64,000 nt of DNA from Pseudomonadota bacterium (lineage in GTDB: Bacteria; Pseudomonadota; Alphaproteobacteria; Rhizobiales; Xanthobacteraceae), in NCBI GenBank assembly GCA_023404675.1, contig JAEYAW010000031.1, positions 56,427 through 120,426 of the forward strand, in the 5' to 3' direction. Of this stretch, positions 57,186 through 64,000 are shown piece by piece. The position numbers were made by a program, and so were the translations under genes. Within the stretch, counting starts at the first letter, position 1; every line of letters begins with the position of its first letter. The notes under the pieces were generated by a model, which saw nothing but the letters and a program-made list of their open reading frames with translations, ran no database searches and was not told where the DNA came from.

Positions 57186-57812
57186 TCAGTTGGTGGAGCG
57201 GCGAAGCTCGATCGCGCCCTCGACCTTGCCGGTATCGGCCTTGGACGAGCCGGTCTGCACCGGATCGAGACCACCCGCTTCGACGCGCGGCGTTTCGACA
57301 CGCGAGGCGACGTCCGCGGTGCGCGACGCCTCAGCGGCCCGGATCGCCGGCGGCTTCAGCGAGCGCGGCTTGGCATTCGCGCTGGCGTTGGAGTTGGAGA
57401 GCGTGCGCGCCATGATGATGCGGCCCGCTCCCTTGTGCTGGAATTCGCAGTAGGCGAAGCCCATGCCCGAGACCGAACCACGGAAGCTGCGCTCGTCGTG
57501 CTTCTGCAGATTGAAGCAGGGCGAGAACGGAAGGCCCTTCAGCGAGGCGCAGACCTGTCCGCTGTCGGTCTGCAACGTGTTGGCGGGAAGCCGCATGTGG
57601 CGCACCGGGCCGGTGCCTGCGAACTGCACAGTGCCTGCGGCCGAGCCATCCTCGAACACGCGGCCCGCACCGCGCGTCCCTTCAAAGCAGGTAAATGCGA
57701 ACATCTTGCCGTTGGTGAATCGCCTTGCTTCGTCGGCCGTCATCTCTGCAGCCATCACGGACGTGGCCGCTGCGCTGGCGACCAGCGCTCCCAGAACAAA
57801 ACGCGCAAGCAT
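57186..57812 (-). CDS. Exported hypothetical protein (4 Cys)
   Basis: Signal peptide MLARFVLGALVASAAATSVMAAE. No motif recognised. The start is the internal ATG; the track ORF extends to 57911. Confidence 0.55.
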   Translation of the reverse strand: MLARFVLGALVASAAATSVMAAEMTADEARRFTNGKMFAFTCFEGTRGAGRVFEDGSAAGTVQFAGTGPVRHMRLPANTLQTDSGQVCASLKGLPFSPCFNLQKHDERSFRGSVSGMGFAYCEFQHKGAGRIIMARTLSNSNASANAKPRSLKPPAIRAAEASRTADVASRVETPRVEAGGLDPVQTGSSKADTGKVEGAIELRRSTN

Positions 57813-57924
57813 GCAACAAACTCCACTGCCGGGTGGAAAGGCGCTCGGTGGCACCTTTACCCGCTGCTTACCATACCAACCATGGCAACATTGGCGCATC
57901 TTGGTTGGCAAAGTCTGAATATCC

Positions 57925-58911
57925 TCAGGCGATCTTCACCACGATTCGGCCCCGGATTTCGCCGGCGAGAATTTTGGGACCGATGCCGATCACCTCGTCC
58001 AGCGGAATTTCACGAGTGATTTCAGAGAGCTTATTGTGATCGAGATCGGTCGCGAGACGCTTCCAGGCCTCGCGGCGCAATTCGATCGGGCACATCACGG
58101 AATCGATGCCCAAAAGGCACACTCCGCGCAAAATGAACGGCGCGACCGACGACGGCAAATCCATACCGCCCGCAAGGCCGCAGGCGGCAATCGCGCCGCG
58201 ATACTTCGTCATGGCCAGCAGATTGGCCAGCGTGGTCGAGCCGACGCTGTCGATGCCGCCCGCCCAGCGCTCCTTGCCCAGCGGCTTGCCGGGCGCGCTG
58301 AGCTCGTTGCGGTCGATCACCTCGGCCGCGCCGAGATCGCGAAGATAGCCGGACTCGTCGAGCCGGCCGGTGGAAGCGATGACGTGATAGCCAAGCTCGC
58401 CGAGCAGCGCGATGGCGACCGAGCCGACGCCACCCGCCGCCCCCGTCACGATCACCGGACCGTCGGCCGGTTTCAGTCCGTGCTTCTCGAGCGCCAGCAC
58501 GGACAGCATCGCGGTGTAGCCCGCCGTTCCGATCGCCATGGCGTCGCGCGCGGAGAGGCTCTCCGGCAGCCGCACGAGCCAGTCGCCATCGACGCGCGCA
58601 TGCTCGGCGTAAGCGCCGAGCCGGGTCTCGCCCATGCCCCAGCCGTTGCAGACGACCCTGTCGCCGGCTTTCCAGTCGGGATGCGCCGAATGCATCACCG
58701 TGCCGGCGAGATCGATCCCGGCAATCATCGGGAAACGGCGCACCACAGGCGACTTGCCGGTGAGCGCTAGGCCATCCTTGTAGTTGACGGTGGACCATTC
58801 GACCGCGACGACGACATCACCCTCGGTGAGATCCGTATCCTGGAACTCGGTGAGAGTTGCGGTGGTGCCTTTGTCCGCCTTGTCGATCCGGATCGCCTTG
58901 AATGCCGCCAT
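57925..58911 (-). CDS. MDR-family NADPH-dependent oxidoreductase, YhdH/AcuI (acryloyl-CoA reductase)-like
   Basis: [16 protein letters not shown] and [16 protein letters not shown] are typical of the YhdH subgroup. Confidence 0.88.
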   Translation of the reverse strand: MAAFKAIRIDKADKGTTATLTEFQDTDLTEGDVVVAVEWSTVNYKDGLALTGKSPVVRRFPMIAGIDLAGTVMHSAHPDWKAGDRVVCNGWGMGETRLGAYAEHARVDGDWLVRLPESLSARDAMAIGTAGYTAMLSVLALEKHGLKPADGPVIVTGAAGGVGSVAIALLGELGYHVIASTGRLDESGYLRDLGAAEVIDRNELSAPGKPLGKERWAGGIDSVGSTTLANLLAMTKYRGAIAACGLAGGMDLPSSVAPFILRGVCLLGIDSVMCPIELRREAWKRLATDLDHNKLSEITREIPLDEVIGIGPKILAGEIRGRIVVKIA

Positions 58912-59001
58912 GGTTCCTCCCGGGATTTTTCATCGCGGCCGGCCGAGCCGCCGCGCGCGCGGCACCATATCGCGCCGGGTCAGGATGGCAATCGTGCGGG
59001 C

Positions 59002-60357
59002 CTACTCCTTGACCGCGGCCAGTTGCGCGGAGATTTCCTTGGTGGCCTGCTGCGAGCCCCAGCTCGGCTCGTCGCTGCCATCACCCCACGCGCGCGGGCG
59101 ATAGAAAGTGTGCACACCGGTGCGATACATCTTCTTCATCTCGCGGACCCAGGACGGGCGCACCCAGTAGGCATGATAGTGCGTGGACTTGCCGACCTCG
59201 GGCAACCACAGCAGTCCGTCCATCGTCGCCCGCGCGATCTTGCGGGCGCGCTCCCACATGTCCGGCTCACGCACCACGTCGGCGACATTGTCGCACGCGA
59301 AGGTAAACTGGCACGCGAAGCGGCGATGCTTGTTCTGATAAACCACCCCGCACACCGTGCTCGGATAGAAGTTGGAGAACACGCGGTTCATCACCACCTG
59401 TGCGACGGCGATCTGGCCGCGCACCTTCTCGCCGCGCGATTCGAAATAGATCGCTTCGGCGAGGCATTTCTCGGCCACCGCCCGCGCCTTCTCGCTGAGA
59501 TGAAGACGCTCGGCCGGGCTCTTCGGATGCGCCGCGGTAGCGATATTGACCTCACCCTTGTTGGCGACGCTTTCGCCGGGCTTGGCGGTTTCGGCGGGCG
59601 CCGAGGGCAGCGCTGCGGTCGCCTTGATGTCCGCATCGGCGTGCGGCACCACGATCAGCGGCTCCTGCCCCGGCAGCCAGCTCTCCATAGTCTCGCCGGA
59701 GGTTCCGAGCGCGGACACGCCGAAATAGAGACTTGCGGTCTGGATGGTGAAGGGATCGGTGCCGACGGCGGAAACCTGCGTGTCATCGCTCTCCTCATCG
59801 GAGGCGGAGACGTCGAGCGGCGAGGCCTTCAGCGCTTCGGCAAGTTCGGCATCGAGCGGCGCAGCCACCGGCTTGGCATCCGCTGATTTCGCATTGGCCA
59901 CCGGCTGCGACACGTCCGGCGCGGGCATTGCGGGCATCTGCGCGTTCGAATCGACATCCGCCGGCATCTGCAACACCAGCCGGTCGCCCTTCAGCGTACG
60001 GTCCACCTTCGGGAAATCCGCGCTCTGCAGCGGCCGCACCGGCGCCGAGAGCGATGATCGCGGCGGGACAGGATCGCGGCGGCCGGGATCGGGTCCGAGG
60101 CTCGCGAGCCGGACGGTCGCCGACTGCGGGATCGCCGTTCCGATGGGGCGGGAGAATCCGAACGTCGCCACCTGAATCGAGCGGACGGCGGAGGGGAACA
60201 CCACCTGCTGCCAGTGCTCGGTGACGCCCGGCTGCCTCGCCAGCAGCGCGCCGATATCAGAATAGCCCGTTTCGGTCGGGATCACTGCGAAGACGCAGAG
60301 ACCGAAGCCGAAGGACGCGAACCGCGCGCCCTTCGGCCCGTTACGCAACACAAACAT
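59002..60357 (-). CDS. Cell-wall hydrolase, SleB (Hydrolase_2) domain protein
   Basis: The C-terminal block CLAEAIYFESRGEKVRGQIAVAQVVMNRV ... ACQFTFACD ... STHYHA. N-terminal TM segment. Confidence 0.8.
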   Translation of the reverse strand: MFVLRNGPKGARFASFGFGLCVFAVIPTETGYSDIGALLARQPGVTEHWQQVVFPSAVRSIQVATFGFSRPIGTAIPQSATVRLASLGPDPGRRDPVPPRSSLSAPVRPLQSADFPKVDRTLKGDRLVLQMPADVDSNAQMPAMPAPDVSQPVANAKSADAKPVAAPLDAELAEALKASPLDVSASDEESDDTQVSAVGTDPFTIQTASLYFGVSALGTSGETMESWLPGQEPLIVVPHADADIKATAALPSAPAETAKPGESVANKGEVNIATAAHPKSPAERLHLSEKARAVAEKCLAEAIYFESRGEKVRGQIAVAQVVMNRVFSNFYPSTVCGVVYQNKHRRFACQFTFACDNVADVVREPDMWERARKIARATMDGLLWLPEVGKSTHYHAYWVRPSWVREMKKMYRTGVHTFYRPRAWGDGSDEPSWGSQQATKEISAQLAAVKE

Positions 60358-60732
60358 ACGCGACTCTACTCGACTTACGCACGCTGCTTTTCAGCAGACC
60401 GGCCCGCACATTCAGTGCAATCCGATCTTTTGCATTGGTAGTCCATTAAAGTTGCCGCGGCGTTAATCGCCGGTGCGCGCGTATCACACGCAAGCAAAGT
60501 CATCATTCGACGGCGTGCAATCGCGCGACGTGGTGAATCCCGCGCCGATAAAAATGGTGAAGAGATTGCTAATGAGGAACTTGCAGAGAAGCTTCAGCCT
60601 TCGAGAAAGGTAGTCCGCATGACGCGCAGCGAAATGCGGGACAGCATCCGAATGCGCGCCGGATTGCGCTGCGCTTCATCCGGGCTACGAATGCCGGATC
60701 CAAAAGATGGGCCGGCTCGCAACCTATCTTCC

Positions 60733-60835
60733 CGTCATTCCGGGGCGCGAGCCTTTGCGAGCGAGCCCGGAATCCATAACCACCGCAGGGCGTATGGATT
60801 CCGGGCCTTTCCCTTCGGGCCATCCCGGAATGACG
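60733..60835. repeat. REP/MITE-like element, type 2 (nested palindromes)
   Basis: 12-bp perfect terminal inverted repeat CGTCATTCCGGG...CCCGGAATGACG, enclosing a 13-bp inverted repeat CCCGGAATCCATA...TATGGATTCCGGG. Confidence 0.6.
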
Positions 60836-60880
60836 ACGGAAAGCACCGTAGCCTGCGCGAGGCCCACAACTGGCCTGTTA

Positions 60881-60927
60881 TCCTTCGAGGCTCGCGAACA
60901 AGAGTTCGCTCGCGCCTCAGGATGACG
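60881..60927. repeat. REP-like element, type 1 right-half copy
   Basis: TCCTTCGAGGCTCGCGAACAAGAGTTCGCTCGCGCCTCAGGATGACG. Confidence 0.5.
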
Positions 60928-60957
60928 CATCCCCGTTTGATGCAAGGATGCCGGAAA

Positions 60958-60992
60958 AGAAAACAAAAAAGGCGGCGCATAAGCGCCGCCCT
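60958..60992 (-). terminator. Rho-independent terminator of ppdK
   Basis: The minus strand reads GGGCGGCGC-TTAT-GCGCCGCC followed by TTTTTTGTTTTC, about 30 nt after the ppdK stop. Confidence 0.85.
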
Positions 60993-61024
60993 TGAACTTA
61001 CTTACAGCAGCAATCGCGGAGAGC

Positions 61025-63991
<2,967 letters not shown>

Positions 63992-64000
63992 GGCGTCCAG

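Overview
High-GC alphaproteobacterial chromosome segment. Gene content, REP-like intergenic repeats and a residue-for-residue collinear homologue of Rhodopseudomonas palustris fluoroacetate dehalogenase suggest Bradyrhizobiaceae/Nitrobacteraceae; this is inference only, no search was run. I support about 50 protein genes and one tRNA-Lys(CUU). Most genes are housekeeping: sdaA (partial), hisS, ribF, ileS, lspA, arfB, mutL, rsmD, an rluB-like gene, tadA, purD, xseA, map, pyrC, ygfZ, tag and ppdK. I saw no rRNA, CRISPR array, IS element, integrase or prophage. Accessory-looking parts are: (1) a seven-gene minus-strand block (1362-8805) with a NitT/TauT-type ABC transporter, a TetR regulator and a three-subunit molybdenum hydroxylase, whose two promoter regions share a near-identical palindrome; (2) a small integrase-less islet 3' of tRNA-Lys carrying a TonB-dependent receptor and a PiuC-type hydroxylase, closed by a tRNA 3'-end-like fragment and followed by an AT-richer FkbM-methyltransferase segment; (3) an orphan TadE/TadG-like pair beside an EAL protein and an orphan CheY. 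The most unusual signal is a trio of dispersed exported paralogues (31998-33842, 36379-38094, 47238-49301). Each fuses a different seven-repeat propeller-type domain to one shared ~250-aa C-terminal module that I cannot name. Other points are a ParD-like gene translationally coupled to a methionine aminopeptidase, a ~0.9-kb in-frame tandem repeat in the pseudouridine synthase gene, and an Ala/Lys/Pro-rich N-terminal extension on PPDK. Nothing here resembles a known defence system. All functions are assigned from remembered family motifs. Coordinates of short motifs were calibrated against the ORF track but may be off by 1-2 nt.
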